In this document: one piece after another, positions 36,963 to 45,675 of the stretch
How the letters are laid out: each line of letters starts with the position of its first letter
How positions within the stretch are numbered: position 1 is the stretch's first letter
Origin: Vulcanimicrobiota bacterium
Lineage (GTDB): Bacteria; Vulcanimicrobiota; Vulcanimicrobiia; Vulcanimicrobiales; Vulcanimicrobiaceae
Assembly (NCBI GenBank): GCA_031363915.1
Contig: JANLVI010000007.1
Coordinates: forward strand, 190,895-254,894
Length of the DNA stretch: 64,000 nucleotides
Reading direction: 5' to 3'
Notes under the pieces: generated by a model
What the model was told of the DNA's origin: nothing
Database searches by the model: none
Seen by the model: the letters and a program-made list of their open reading frames with translations, nothing else
Translations under genes and position numbers: made by a program

Positions 36963-37052
36963 TCAGCGAGAAGCGTCATCGATGGACGATGCGCGTGCAG
37001 AACGGCCCGGTGCGGGCGGGGGTTGGTCGATGTGCGGACTGCCGTCATCCAT
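36963..37052 (-). CDS. Candidate 29-codon leader sORF with a polyproline motif, upstream of mntH
   Basis: AGGGAGGTGA lies 8 nt upstream of the ATG. The peptide is MDDGSPHIDQPPPAPGRSARASSIDDASR, with its stop 87 nt before the mntH start. GC3 is weaker than in bona fide genes, so coding status is unproven. Confidence 0.3.
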   Translation of the reverse strand: MDDGSPHIDQPPPAPGRSARASSIDDASR

Positions 37053-37089
37053 TTGGAAAATCACCTCCCTTGCATGTGCGATCGCCGCA

Positions 37090-37126
37090 CGAAAAAAAAA
37101 CCGCTCGGCACTCGATCCGGCGGTGA
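37090..37126 (-). terminator. Intrinsic terminator (hairpin plus U9) inside the mntH upstream region
   Basis: On the minus strand: CCGCCGG-aucgagug-CCGaGCGG followed by nine U. This is the longest A/T homopolymer I saw in the window. It sits about 270 nt downstream of the pilin-like operon and about 215 nt upstream of mntH. Confidence 0.4.
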
Positions 37127-37396
37127 AAACAGCGCGCGCCATGGATGGCGTGCGGTCGTCCTCAACGTCGGGGGTTCGGCACCGTACGCCGTAGAGCCGA
37201 AGCTCAGCCGCATTAGATCCCGCCTTGATTCGACGGGGCCTGGTAACCCATTGGGGTCTCTCGACCTTTCCGGGCAGCGGCATGTTAGTCGTACGGAAGC
37301 CTCGCCTAACGAGGATCCTCGATCAGGTTACCCCGCGGTCGAAAGCTTCGTCAAGCCTAAAAACGAAGGAATCGCCCTCTTTTGCCGGACCGGCCG

Positions 37397-38158
37397 TTAG
37401 AGCGACCAGTTCGAGGTGTTCGCGTTGTCGTTGGCCCAGTCGAAGTGCGCGCGCTTTTGCCCGTCGACTCCGACGCTCGTCGTGGGATCGCCCGGGGCGT
37501 GTACGCACTGCTCCCCCGCGCAGGCATACCCGACGCCGATCTGGGTCGATCCCGTCGTTCCGCCGACGTCGCCTTCGCTCGCAAAATCCGGATTGTCCCC
37601 GCCATCTTCTTTCAACCCGGTCATGTACGCATACGGCGCCTGCAGCGTGAGTCGCAGCGTGACGTGCGCGATGCGCTTCTGCAAGACGGCCACGTCGTCG
37701 GGTGCGCGAACTTCGATTGCGATCGTCGCCGCATAACGCGTCTCGTGCACGAATGCCGAGCACTGTATGTTGTGCGCATCGTCGGTCAGCCCCACCGGCG
37801 TTGCGCTCTGCGGTGCGGGTGCACCGCTGCTGCAGGTCGTAGTGGAAAAATTCGGCACGATCGTCGTATGCACGACGAATGTCGTCCGGATAGCGGTCGG
37901 GTTTTGCAGTTGGATGTTGCGATCGGGGCGATCGAGTGCGGCGCAGGCGTTCGACCCATCCGGCGCTTGAACGCCGCATGCGGCGATCGCGGCTGCGAGT
38001 TGCGTTTGGAGCGAGGCGATCGCTGCATGTGTGGCCGAATCGCCGACAGCGAGCGTCGCGCGTTGCAACGCGGCGCGCGCAAAAACGGCTTGTTCGGCGA
38101 CGATCGATCCGGCGATGAGCGAGATCGTCAGAAAGATGACGAGCATCTGTGCGAGCAC
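37397..38158 (-). CDS. Membrane-anchored protein; possible PilX/GspK-like minor pilin lacking the Glu+5 (253 aa)
   Basis: GTG two nt after the stop of the preceding pilin-like gene. Hydrophobic N-terminus MLAQMLVIFLTISLIAGSIVAEQ, then a Thr/Ala-rich extracytoplasmic domain with Cys pairs. Confidence 0.5.
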   Translation of the reverse strand: MLAQMLVIFLTISLIAGSIVAEQAVFARAALQRATLAVGDSATHAAIASLQTQLAAAIAACGVQAPDGSNACAALDRPDRNIQLQNPTAIRTTFVVHTTIVPNFSTTTCSSGAPAPQSATPVGLTDDAHNIQCSAFVHETRYAATIAIEVRAPDDVAVLQKRIAHVTLRLTLQAPYAYMTGLKEDGGDNPDFASEGDVGGTTGSTQIGVGYACAGEQCVHAPGDPTTSVGVDGQKRAHFDWANDNANTSNWSL

Positions 38159-38160
38159 GG

Positions 38161-38703
38161 TTAGTTCGCCAGTCGTCGCGGCTCGTCGGCGGGCAATACG
38201 ATCGTCGTCGCTTTGCTGAAGCCGCTGGGCGCGAAGCGTTCGGAGAGCGTCACGGACTGCTTGGGCGCGTTGGCCTCGGCGTTGATCGGATAGCTTACGT
38301 TCACGCTGAAGGTCCCCGAATAATCCGTACCCGTGCCGTTCAAAAACGTGGTGCTCACATCGAGCAAAACGGTAGCCTGCGGCGCGCCGGGTTGGGGAAT
38401 CGAAGCAGTCGTGCTGTACGTACACGCGGCACGCAGCGCCCAGGTCGTTCGGTCGTTCAGGTGCGTCGTGCTCGCATCGGGATAGTACGCAGCGACCGCA
38501 CGCGCGCGTGTGAAGACGTTGCGGGCTGTCATGAGCGCGACACCGCGGCGCGTTGCCGTCGCGTTACCGCGCGCGACCGCCGCCACCGCGCCGATGGCAA
38601 CTGAAATGCCGATCGCGAGCAGTGCGACGCACGCAAGGACTTCGATGAGCGAAAATCCCGCTTCGGGATCAGTTTGGTAAGAGTGCACGCGTATCGGCTG
38701 CAT
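38161..38703 (-). CDS. Prepilin-type (type IV pilin / pseudopilin-like) protein
   Basis: Class III signal: leader ...QTDPEAG|FSLIEVLACVALLAIGISVAI (Gly-1, Phe+1, Glu+5). About 165-aa mature protein. Confidence 0.7.
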   Translation of the reverse strand: MQPIRVHSYQTDPEAGFSLIEVLACVALLAIGISVAIGAVAAVARGNATATRRGVALMTARNVFTRARAVAAYYPDASTTHLNDRTTWALRAACTYSTTASIPQPGAPQATVLLDVSTTFLNGTGTDYSGTFSVNVSYPINAEANAPKQSVTLSERFAPSGFSKATTIVLPADEPRRLAN

Positions 38704-39769
38704 AACCGTGACAGTAGGCAAAGTCTTGCGCGTGCGAATTCACGCGCGGAGGATCGACGGTGTTCGAGGTTTGTATCTGTGAGATAATAGCGCTGCTGGA
38801 AACGACGGTGGGTGCGCTCGCGTAGCGCAGCGTTTCGTAATCGGTAACGACGACGCTTTCGGGTCCGTAGGTAAACGTCGCATACGTTCGCACGTACGTA
38901 AAGCCGTCATATGGCGTGAGAGTCCAGCGAGAGTAGCCGGATGCCGTGTCCTCGCCGTACGAATCGCTGCAGCGATCGATCGCGCGCCCCGCGACTTCGG
39001 CGATCGGGCCGTTTGCGGCGATCGACCCGTCGACGTTGCAGCCGCTGCGTTTGCCGCACGTATACGCGAGCTGCACCGTATACGCGCCGGGCATGACGCC
39101 GGTGACCAGATCGACCGTTCGCGCCGCGCGCTTGCCGCGCAGCGCGATCTCGATCACGCGGTTTCCGCCAAGATACGCGGTGGCGCCGACCGGGACGAGC
39201 GAACTCAAGTCGGCGCGCGCGGGGGTGGCAAGGTAGGGTTCCGCCGGCATCGTGCCGCTGGAGCCGTCGAGATCGTCGACCCCGAGTACGACGATCGTCA
39301 TTGCGGTTAGGTGATTTCCGACAACGACGCCGGTTGGGGTGCCCGCGCACGGCACGATCGGGGCGGTCGATTCGTCGAGTCGGTAGAGCTGCGCGGGCGC
39401 GGTCGTGCTCGCATCGACGAAGCGATAGCCCCAGTAGTGGGTGTTTGTCGCGTTGCCGCCGTCTTGCTGATAAAAGTCGACCTCCGCGCAGCCGGTATCG
39501 GTGCGCATGCCCTGCGCGGCGTTCGCGTCGTCGCGCAGGGCGCCGGCGACCGTTTCGAGTTCGCGCGTCTCGATATGCGAGGTGTAGAGAATCGCGGCGC
39601 TGTTCGCGATCCCGCGCAGCGCTTCGAACGCAGCGAGCATCACCACCACGAACATGCCCCCGGCGATGACGATTTCGATGAGCGTGAAGCCGCTCTGTCT
39701 TCCCACATGCACGGCCAGTGCCCGTGGGGCGGGCCTGTGATTCCCACGGCGCGAACGTCTGCGAGCCAT
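38669..39769 (-). CDS. Prepilin-type protein with a large C-terminal domain
   Basis: Class III signal ...GRQSG|FTLIEIVIAGGMFVVVMLAAFEAL. About 330-aa mature region with several Cys residues. The start is uncertain (the track ORF start overlaps divergent hisS; the leader is probably shorter). Confidence 0.65.
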   Translation of the reverse strand: MARRRSRRGNHRPAPRALAVHVGRQSGFTLIEIVIAGGMFVVVMLAAFEALRGIANSAAILYTSHIETRELETVAGALRDDANAAQGMRTDTGCAEVDFYQQDGGNATNTHYWGYRFVDASTTAPAQLYRLDESTAPIVPCAGTPTGVVVGNHLTAMTIVVLGVDDLDGSSGTMPAEPYLATPARADLSSLVPVGATAYLGGNRVIEIALRGKRAARTVDLVTGVMPGAYTVQLAYTCGKRSGCNVDGSIAANGPIAEVAGRAIDRCSDSYGEDTASGYSRWTLTPYDGFTYVRTYATFTYGPESVVVTDYETLRYASAPTVVSSSAIISQIQTSNTVDPPRVNSHAQDFAYCHGYAADTRALLPN

Positions 39770-41042
39770 GGCCCAGATCACCGCTCCGCGCGGCACCAAC
39801 GACATTCTCCCCGCCGAATCGCCCGCGTGGCAAACCCTCGAAGGCCACGCGCGTTCGATTGCCTTGCGCTTCGGCTACGCCGAGATCCGCACGCCGATGT
39901 TCGAGTCGACCGAACTTTTCGTGCGCGGAGTCGGCGAGACGACCGACATCGTTGAAAAAGAGATGTATACGTTCCAGGATAAGGGCGGCCGCAGCATGAC
40001 CCTGCGCCCGGAATGGACGGCGCCGGTCGTGCGCGCGGTACTGCAGCACAATCTGATGGCGCTCGGACCGCAGCGCCTCTTTTACATCGGGCCGTTCTTC
40101 CGCTACGAACGCCCGCAAGCGGGGCGCTACCGCCAAGCAAATCAATTCGGCGTCGAGTGCTTTGGCTATGCGGGCCCCGAAGCCGACGTCGAGGTGATGC
40201 AACTGGCAATGGCGCTCGTCGCGCGCTACAACATCATCGATGCACGTCTGCAGATCAACACGATTGGCGATAAGGTCTGCCGTCCGGCTTACCGCGACGC
40301 GCTGCTCGCGCACTTCCGCCCGCATGTAGCGGAGCTCTCCGAGGATTCGCAGCGCCGCCTGGAGCGCAATCCGCTGCGCATCCTCGACTCGAAGTCACCC
40401 GCGGATGCGCCGTTCATCGCGAGCGCCCCGACGTTTCTCGATACGCTCTGCGATGCGTGCAAAGACCACTTCGCGGCGATTCGCGGTTACCTCGGTGCCA
40501 TCGGTTTGCCCTACGATGTCGCGCCGCGACTCGTGCGCGGCTTCGATTACTACACGCGCACGGTCTTCGAGATCACTTCGGGCGCACTGGGCTCGCAGAG
40601 CGCGGTGTGCGGCGGCGGCCGGTACGACGGCCTCGTCAGTTCGCTTGGCGGACCGCCGACGCCGGCGGTCGGTTTTGGCCTTGGCCTCGAGCGCTTTCTC
40701 ATGGTGGTCAAGGCGATGGATGCCACGGGCGAACCCGAGCGCGCCGGATTTCAGGCGATCGCCTTGGGCACGGCGGCGCGCACGGCGATGCTTCCGCTCG
40801 TCGCCGCCTTGCGGTCCCTTGCGAGCGTCCCCGCCCACTTCGATTTTGCGGAACGCAAGATCGCGGCGCATTTCAAGACCGCCGATCGCAATAACGCCCG
40901 CTTCGCGCTCATTCTCGGCGATGACGAACTCGCCGTCGGGAGCGTGGTGCTGCGCGATTTGGTCACGCGCGAGGAGCGTCGCGTGCCTACCGGGGCATCG
41001 CCACAAGAGACGGCGCGTGCACTCGTCGAAGCTACGGCCTAA
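39768..41042 (+). CDS. hisS: Histidine--tRNA ligase
   Basis: MAQITAPRGTNDILP, class II motifs and a C-terminal anticodon-binding domain. Confidence 0.95.
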   Translation: MAQITAPRGTNDILPAESPAWQTLEGHARSIALRFGYAEIRTPMFESTELFVRGVGETTDIVEKEMYTFQDKGGRSMTLRPEWTAPVVRAVLQHNLMALGPQRLFYIGPFFRYERPQAGRYRQANQFGVECFGYAGPEADVEVMQLAMALVARYNIIDARLQINTIGDKVCRPAYRDALLAHFRPHVAELSEDSQRRLERNPLRILDSKSPADAPFIASAPTFLDTLCDACKDHFAAIRGYLGAIGLPYDVAPRLVRGFDYYTRTVFEITSGALGSQSAVCGGGRYDGLVSSLGGPPTPAVGFGLGLERFLMVVKAMDATGEPERAGFQAIALGTAARTAMLPLVAALRSLASVPAHFDFAERKIAAHFKTADRNNARFALILGDDELAVGSVVLRDLVTREERRVPTGASPQETARALVEATA

Positions 41043-41530
41043 TGGACGAATCACGTCCCGCTCCGGCGGCCGATTCCGATGCAGCGCGCGTCGGCACACT
41101 CTACGAACTCATGCGGGAATACGATCTCGATGCGCTTCGCGTGCGGATCGGGGAGGCGGAATACGACTTAGTCCGCCGCGACCCGCGGGCCAACGCTGCC
41201 CCTCTTGCCGCTCCGCTTGCGGCCCCGGCCGCGCCGGCCGCCGCTGCGCCCGGTGAGTCCGCGCCCAAACCTGCGGCCGCAGCGCCTGCCAACGTTCGGC
41301 GAGTGACGGCTCCCGTCGTCGGGGTGTTCTATCGCTCGCCTTCGCCGGGCTCGGACCCCTTCGTGAATGTCGGAGACCGCGTCGCGGTCGGTCAGACGCT
41401 GTGCATTCTCGAAGCGATGAAACTGATGAACGAAATCACCAGCGATCACGCCGGTGTCGTCACGCGCATCATCCCGGAAGATGCGGGACTCGTTGCGCTC
41501 GGTGAGGAGCTGATGTGGATCGAACCGTAG
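41042..41530 (+). CDS. accB: Biotin carboxyl carrier protein (BCCP)
   Basis: Pro/Ala linker and biotinyl domain with CILEAMKLMNEI (biotinyl-Lys in AMKL/M). No accC follows; the gene is directly followed by, and overlaps, gmhA. Confidence 0.8.
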   Translation: MDESRPAPAADSDAARVGTLYELMREYDLDALRVRIGEAEYDLVRRDPRANAAPLAAPLAAPAAPAAAAPGESAPKPAAAAPANVRRVTAPVVGVFYRSPSPGSDPFVNVGDRVAVGQTLCILEAMKLMNEITSDHAGVVTRIIPEDAGLVALGEELMWIEP

Positions 41531-42120
41531 ACTTCAAGGCCCAGCGCGCCTTTGCCGAATTACTCGCCGATCGACGCGGTCTGCTCGACGAGCCGCGCTA
41601 TCCCGCGGCCGTTGCGGCGATCGTCGCGGCGATCGTCGCGGCGTTTCGCAGCGGCAAGAAAGTGTTATGGATGGGGAATGGCGGATCGGCCGCCGATGCG
41701 CAGCACCTCGCAGCAGAATTCAGCGGGCGCTTCCTGCGCGATCGCGGCGGCTTGCCGTCCGAAGCGCTCTCGGTGAATACGTCCGCTCTTACGGCCATCG
41801 GAAATGATTTTGGTTTCGAGCGCGTATTCGCGCGTCAGGTCGAGGCGTTCGCCCAGCCGGGCGATGTCGTCGTCGGGATCACGACGAGCGGCACGTCGAA
41901 AAATATCATCGTCGCCCTCGAAGAGGCGCGCAAACGCGGGGCGTTCACGATTGCCTTTACCGGTAACGGCGGCGGCATCGTCTCCGAGATCGCCGATCTC
42001 TCGCTGATCGGACCCAGCGGCTACTCGGCGATCGTGCAAGAAGTTCATATTACGATGGGCCACATCATCTGCGATTTGGTCGAACAAGAGCTGATCTTCA
42101 ACGCGAGCCCGCGTGGTTGA
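41515..42120 (+). CDS. gmhA: Phosphoheptose isomerase (D-sedoheptulose-7-phosphate isomerase)
   Basis: SIS domain: WMGNGGSAADAQHLAAEF...TTSGTSKNI...FTGNGGG. Confidence 0.9.
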   Translation: MDRTVDFKAQRAFAELLADRRGLLDEPRYPAAVAAIVAAIVAAFRSGKKVLWMGNGGSAADAQHLAAEFSGRFLRDRGGLPSEALSVNTSALTAIGNDFGFERVFARQVEAFAQPGDVVVGITTSGTSKNIIVALEEARKRGAFTIAFTGNGGGIVSEIADLSLIGPSGYSAIVQEVHITMGHIICDLVEQELIFNASPRG

Positions 42121-43099
42121 TCTCGCGCCGCCGACGGCGGCGGAGTTGCTCGAACGTATGGCCGGTCGGCGTGTCGTCGTGATCGGCGATGTGATGATCG
42201 ATGAGTGGATCTGGGGTTCGGTCTCGCGCATCTCCCCGGAGGCGCCGGTCCCCGTGGTTGCGGTGAGCAACCATTCGTTCACGCTCGGCGGGGCCGGTAA
42301 CGTCGCGCACAATTTGCGCGCCCTTGGCGCGAATGTGGATTTCATTGCGGCCGTCGGCGACGATCCCGAAGCCGATCGCGTCGAGACTCTGCTTGCGGAG
42401 ATCGGCATCGCGGGCTCGGGACTCGTGCGGCTCGACGATCGTCCGACGACGCGTAAGACGCGCGTCGTCGCACATAACCAGCAGGTCGTGCGCGCCGATT
42501 GGGAATCGACGAACCCGCTCTCGGATATCGATCGCCATCGCATCATCGAGAAGATCGCGATTTCGCTCGAAAAAGCAGATGCCGTCGTGCTTAGCGATTA
42601 CAATAAAGGCCTCATGAGCCGCGAGATCGTGGAGGCGGCTCTGGGGTGTCCGCTCGTCGTCGCCGATCCCAAACCCGAAAACGTGCGGCTCTTTGCCGGT
42701 GTGAACTGCATCGCGCCCAACGTTTCCGAGGCGGCACGCGCAAGCGGCATTGCGATCGTGGATGCGGCCTCCCTCGAACGTGCGGGCACCGCGTTGCTCG
42801 ACGAACTCGGTTGCCGTTACGTCGTCGTGACGCGCGGCGAGGCGGGCATGTCGCTCTTCGGACGCGACGGCGAACGCGCCGACATTCCCTCGGTCGCACG
42901 CACGGTGTTCGATGTCAGCGGTGCGGGCGACACCGTCGTTGCGGTGCTTACGCTCGCGCTCGCCGCGCGCATTCCGATCGCGACGTCCGTCGCGCTTGCG
43001 AATTTGGCCGCCGGCGCGGTCGTGGCGAAACTGGGCACCGCGACGGCAAGCCCCGCTGAGATCATCGCGCTCTTACAATTCGACCACGATGGGCGCTGA
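42113..43099 (+). CDS. hldA: D-glycero-beta-D-manno-heptose-7-phosphate kinase (RfaE domain I, PfkB family)
   Basis: Ribokinase-like fold: VVIGDVMIDEW..G...R.SPEAPVPV and the C-terminal DVSGAGDTVVA anion hole. Confidence 0.85.
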   Translation: MVDLAPPTAAELLERMAGRRVVVIGDVMIDEWIWGSVSRISPEAPVPVVAVSNHSFTLGGAGNVAHNLRALGANVDFIAAVGDDPEADRVETLLAEIGIAGSGLVRLDDRPTTRKTRVVAHNQQVVRADWESTNPLSDIDRHRIIEKIAISLEKADAVVLSDYNKGLMSREIVEAALGCPLVVADPKPENVRLFAGVNCIAPNVSEAARASGIAIVDAASLERAGTALLDELGCRYVVVTRGEAGMSLFGRDGERADIPSVARTVFDVSGAGDTVVAVLTLALAARIPIATSVALANLAAGAVVAKLGTATASPAEIIALLQFDHDGR

Positions 43100-43571
43100 A
43101 TTCGGCTTGATGCTCTCGCTTGCCGATGCGGCGGCGTGGCGCGAAGCGCAGCGGTCGGCCGGGCGGAGCGTTGTCTTTACGAACGGATGTTTTGACGTGT
43201 TGCACGCCGGGCACGTGCGCTATCTCGATTGGGCGCGCGCGCAAGGCGATGCGTTGATCCTCGGTCTCAATAGCGATGACTCGGTGCGCGGAATCAAAGG
43301 GGCGCAGCGTCCGTACGTTCCGTTTGAAGATCGCGCGACGATTCTTGCCGCGCTGCGATCGGTCGACGTCGTCGTTGGTTTCGGCGAACGCACGCCGGAA
43401 GTGCTGCTCGAACGCATCCAGCCCGACGTGCACGTGAAGAGCGTGCAGTATCGCATCGAAGATCTGCCCGAGCGCACGGTGGTCGAGGCGCACGGCGGAC
43501 GGATCGTGCTCGCACCGCACCTCGATGGGCGCAGTACGACCGATCTCGTCGCGCTCATACGCGGACGATGA
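43089..43571 (+). CDS. hldC: D-glycero-beta-D-manno-heptose-1-phosphate adenylyltransferase (RfaE domain II)
   Basis: ATG at 43089 (Met-60 of track ORF 42912..43571). Cytidylyltransferase-family motif FTNGCFDVLHAGHVRYL. Overlaps hldA by 11 nt. Confidence 0.85.
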   Translation: MGAEFGLMLSLADAAAWREAQRSAGRSVVFTNGCFDVLHAGHVRYLDWARAQGDALILGLNSDDSVRGIKGAQRPYVPFEDRATILAALRSVDVVVGFGERTPEVLLERIQPDVHVKSVQYRIEDLPERTVVEAHGGRIVLAPHLDGRSTTDLVALIRGR

Positions 43572-44800
43572 GGTCCCTCGCGCTGACGTGTAACGGCCCG
43601 GGCGAATTCTCGGGCTGGGTCCGGCCCCTGCTTCGCGCCCTCTACGCCGAAGCGCCCACACTCGACGTAACGATCTTTTTCGTCCCCGACGACTACGCAA
43701 CGGGGCGCGAACCCGACGTCGCGCGCGGGCTCTTTCCGCAGGCCCGCATCGTCAAGCCTGCCGCGTATTTGCGGTTTGCGGTTGGTGCATCGCTCGAGGG
43801 CGTGCCGACACGGGTCGATCGCGTGCACTACAGCGGCGGCGATCTCGGACATGCGATCCGGCTGCACGAGCGACTCGGCGGCATTGCGACGTCGTATAAG
43901 TTTTCATCCGAACGAAATCGCAGGGTCTTCACGCGCGTTTTCGCGGTCGACGAGGCTAATCGCGAACAACTCCGCGGTTGGACGATCCCGGACGAGCGCA
44001 TCACCGTGGTCGGAAACCTCGCCATCGACGGTGCGATCTCCGAGGCTGCGGGCGACTTCGGCGATCTGCCGAGCGATGTTGCGCGCGCTGGGATCATCAT
44101 TCTCCCCGGTTCGCGCAAGCTCGAAGTCGCAAATCTCATCCCGTTTTTTCTCGGCGTCGCGAGCCGCATGCGCGAACGCGATCCGCGCGTCCCGATCGCC
44201 TTTGGTCTCTCACCGTTCACGACGGATGATGAGGTCGCGCGCGCAATCGAACGCGGCGGCGACCCGCGCGTGTTCGGAATGCGCGGCACACTCGAACGCG
44301 ATGGCGAAGCGATCTTTTTGCGGGAGAACCGGAGCGGTGCGCGCTTTCCCGTCGTGCGCGCCGCGATGCGCGCGGCCGCCGTCGCGGCGATGGCGGTGAC
44401 GATCCCCGGCACAAAAGCGATCGAACTTGCCGCGCTCGGCATCCCGACCGTCGTGTGCCTGCCTTTCAACGCGCCGGAACTTGCCGTGATCAACGGTCCG
44501 CTGCAGTACCTCGGACGCTTGCCCCTGATCGGTGCCCCGCTCAAACGGGGCGTCGTGCTCGCAGTCGCCGCGCGGTTCAAATATGCCGCGCAGCCGAACA
44601 TCGATGCCGATCGCGAACTGATGACCGAACTGCGCGGCACGCTCACGCCCGGGCGCGTCGCGGGCGTCGTGCTCGAGCGCCTGGCCGATGCGGCATGGCG
44701 GACGCGTGTCTCCGGGGAACTGCGCACTCTCTACGCGGGTCACGTGGGAGCGGCAAAGCGCGTCGCCGCTGCGCTCCTCTCCGAATCGAATGGATCATGA
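43568..44800 (+). CDS. lpxB: Lipid-A-disaccharide synthase-like glycosyltransferase (GT19, LpxB family)
   Basis: N-terminal NGPGEFSGW (compare AGEASGD in LpxB) and the conserved ILPGSR motif. 410 aa. Divergent enough that the assignment is family-level. Confidence 0.6.
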   Translation: MRSLALTCNGPGEFSGWVRPLLRALYAEAPTLDVTIFFVPDDYATGREPDVARGLFPQARIVKPAAYLRFAVGASLEGVPTRVDRVHYSGGDLGHAIRLHERLGGIATSYKFSSERNRRVFTRVFAVDEANREQLRGWTIPDERITVVGNLAIDGAISEAAGDFGDLPSDVARAGIIILPGSRKLEVANLIPFFLGVASRMRERDPRVPIAFGLSPFTTDDEVARAIERGGDPRVFGMRGTLERDGEAIFLRENRSGARFPVVRAAMRAAAVAAMAVTIPGTKAIELAALGIPTVVCLPFNAPELAVINGPLQYLGRLPLIGAPLKRGVVLAVAARFKYAAQPNIDADRELMTELRGTLTPGRVAGVVLERLADAAWRTRVSGELRTLYAGHVGAAKRVAAALLSESNGS

Positions 44801-45675
44801 CGTTCAGCATCATCATCGCTACCAAAAACCGTTCCGACTTCCTCGCGCGCGCGCTCGATTCGCTCGCCGCGCAAGTCGACGCCCCGGCGTTCGAAACGAT
44901 CGTCGTCGATAATGGTTCGACCGACGATACGCAGGCAATGCTCGCGGCGCGCTCGGATCGCGACGCACTCAAACTCACCGTGATCGCCGAACCCATCGCC
45001 AATCGGGGCAAAGCACGCAACCGGGGCATCGCCGCAGCGACCGGCGACCTCGTGCTCTTCATCGACGATGACGTGGTCTTGCCGCCCGGATTCGCTGCCG
45101 CGCACGCGAAAGCCCAAGACCGCGTTTTCCCGTACGTCGTTTCGGGTCCGATTATCAACGTGCGCTCGTACGACGAACGGCCGGAGCCAACGCCGGTGAA
45201 CTTTTCCAATGCGTTTTTCTGCACGTGCAACGTGTCGGTGCCGCGCAATTCGCTCAATGCCGTCGGCGGGTTCGACGAGCAGTTCGATCTCTACGGCTGG
45301 GAAGATACGGAACTCGGTTTGCGGCTGCGGTCCTTCGACGTGCGGCGCGACTTTGCGTGGGATGCGTATCTCTGGCACATCAAGCCCGCGCAGGTCGAAA
45401 CGCTCGATATCGCGTTGCAAAAAACGATCGAGAAAGCGCGCATGGCAGCGCGTTTCGTCAAGAAGGCGCCGACGATCCGCGCGAAGCTCGCGACCGGTGC
45501 GTATTCCATCAACCTCGCGCGCGCCAAAACCTTGACACCCAAAGCAGTTCAACCGTTCCTCGCCGGACTGGCAACGAGCAAGAAATGGCCGGATACGCTC
45601 GCGCGCGTCGCGCGCGGATTGCTGCTCGATAGCGTGTATGCCGACGAACTCTCCCACGCGCTTGAACGCGAATAA
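44797..45675 (+). CDS. Family 2 glycosyltransferase
   Basis: ATGA overlap with the lpxB stop. GT-A fold: SIIIATKNRSDFLARALDSL, VVDNGSTDDT and DxD (FIDDD). Confidence 0.85.
   Translation: MTFSIIIATKNRSDFLARALDSLAAQVDAPAFETIVVDNGSTDDTQAMLAARSDRDALKLTVIAEPIANRGKARNRGIAAATGDLVLFIDDDVVLPPGFAAAHAKAQDRVFPYVVSGPIINVRSYDERPEPTPVNFSNAFFCTCNVSVPRNSLNAVGGFDEQFDLYGWEDTELGLRLRSFDVRRDFAWDAYLWHIKPAQVETLDIALQKTIEKARMAARFVKKAPTIRAKLATGAYSINLARAKTLTPKAVQPFLAGLATSKKWPDTLARVARGLLLDSVYADELSHALERE

Noticed and set aside
36963-37283. 106-aa minus-strand ORF spanning the mntH leader
   Set aside because: It reads straight through the U9 terminator tract (encoded as FFF) and has poor GC3. Only its last 29 codons, which have their own strong Shine-Dalgarno, are considered as a possible sORF.
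41042-41530. Reading the orphan BCCP as the biotinyl subunit of an adjacent oxaloacetate decarboxylase or transcarboxylase
   Set aside because: No carboxyltransferase or decarboxylase beta/gamma subunit genes lie nearby. The neighbours are hisS and gmhA, so the role stays open. I kept it as a finding, not as an assigned function.
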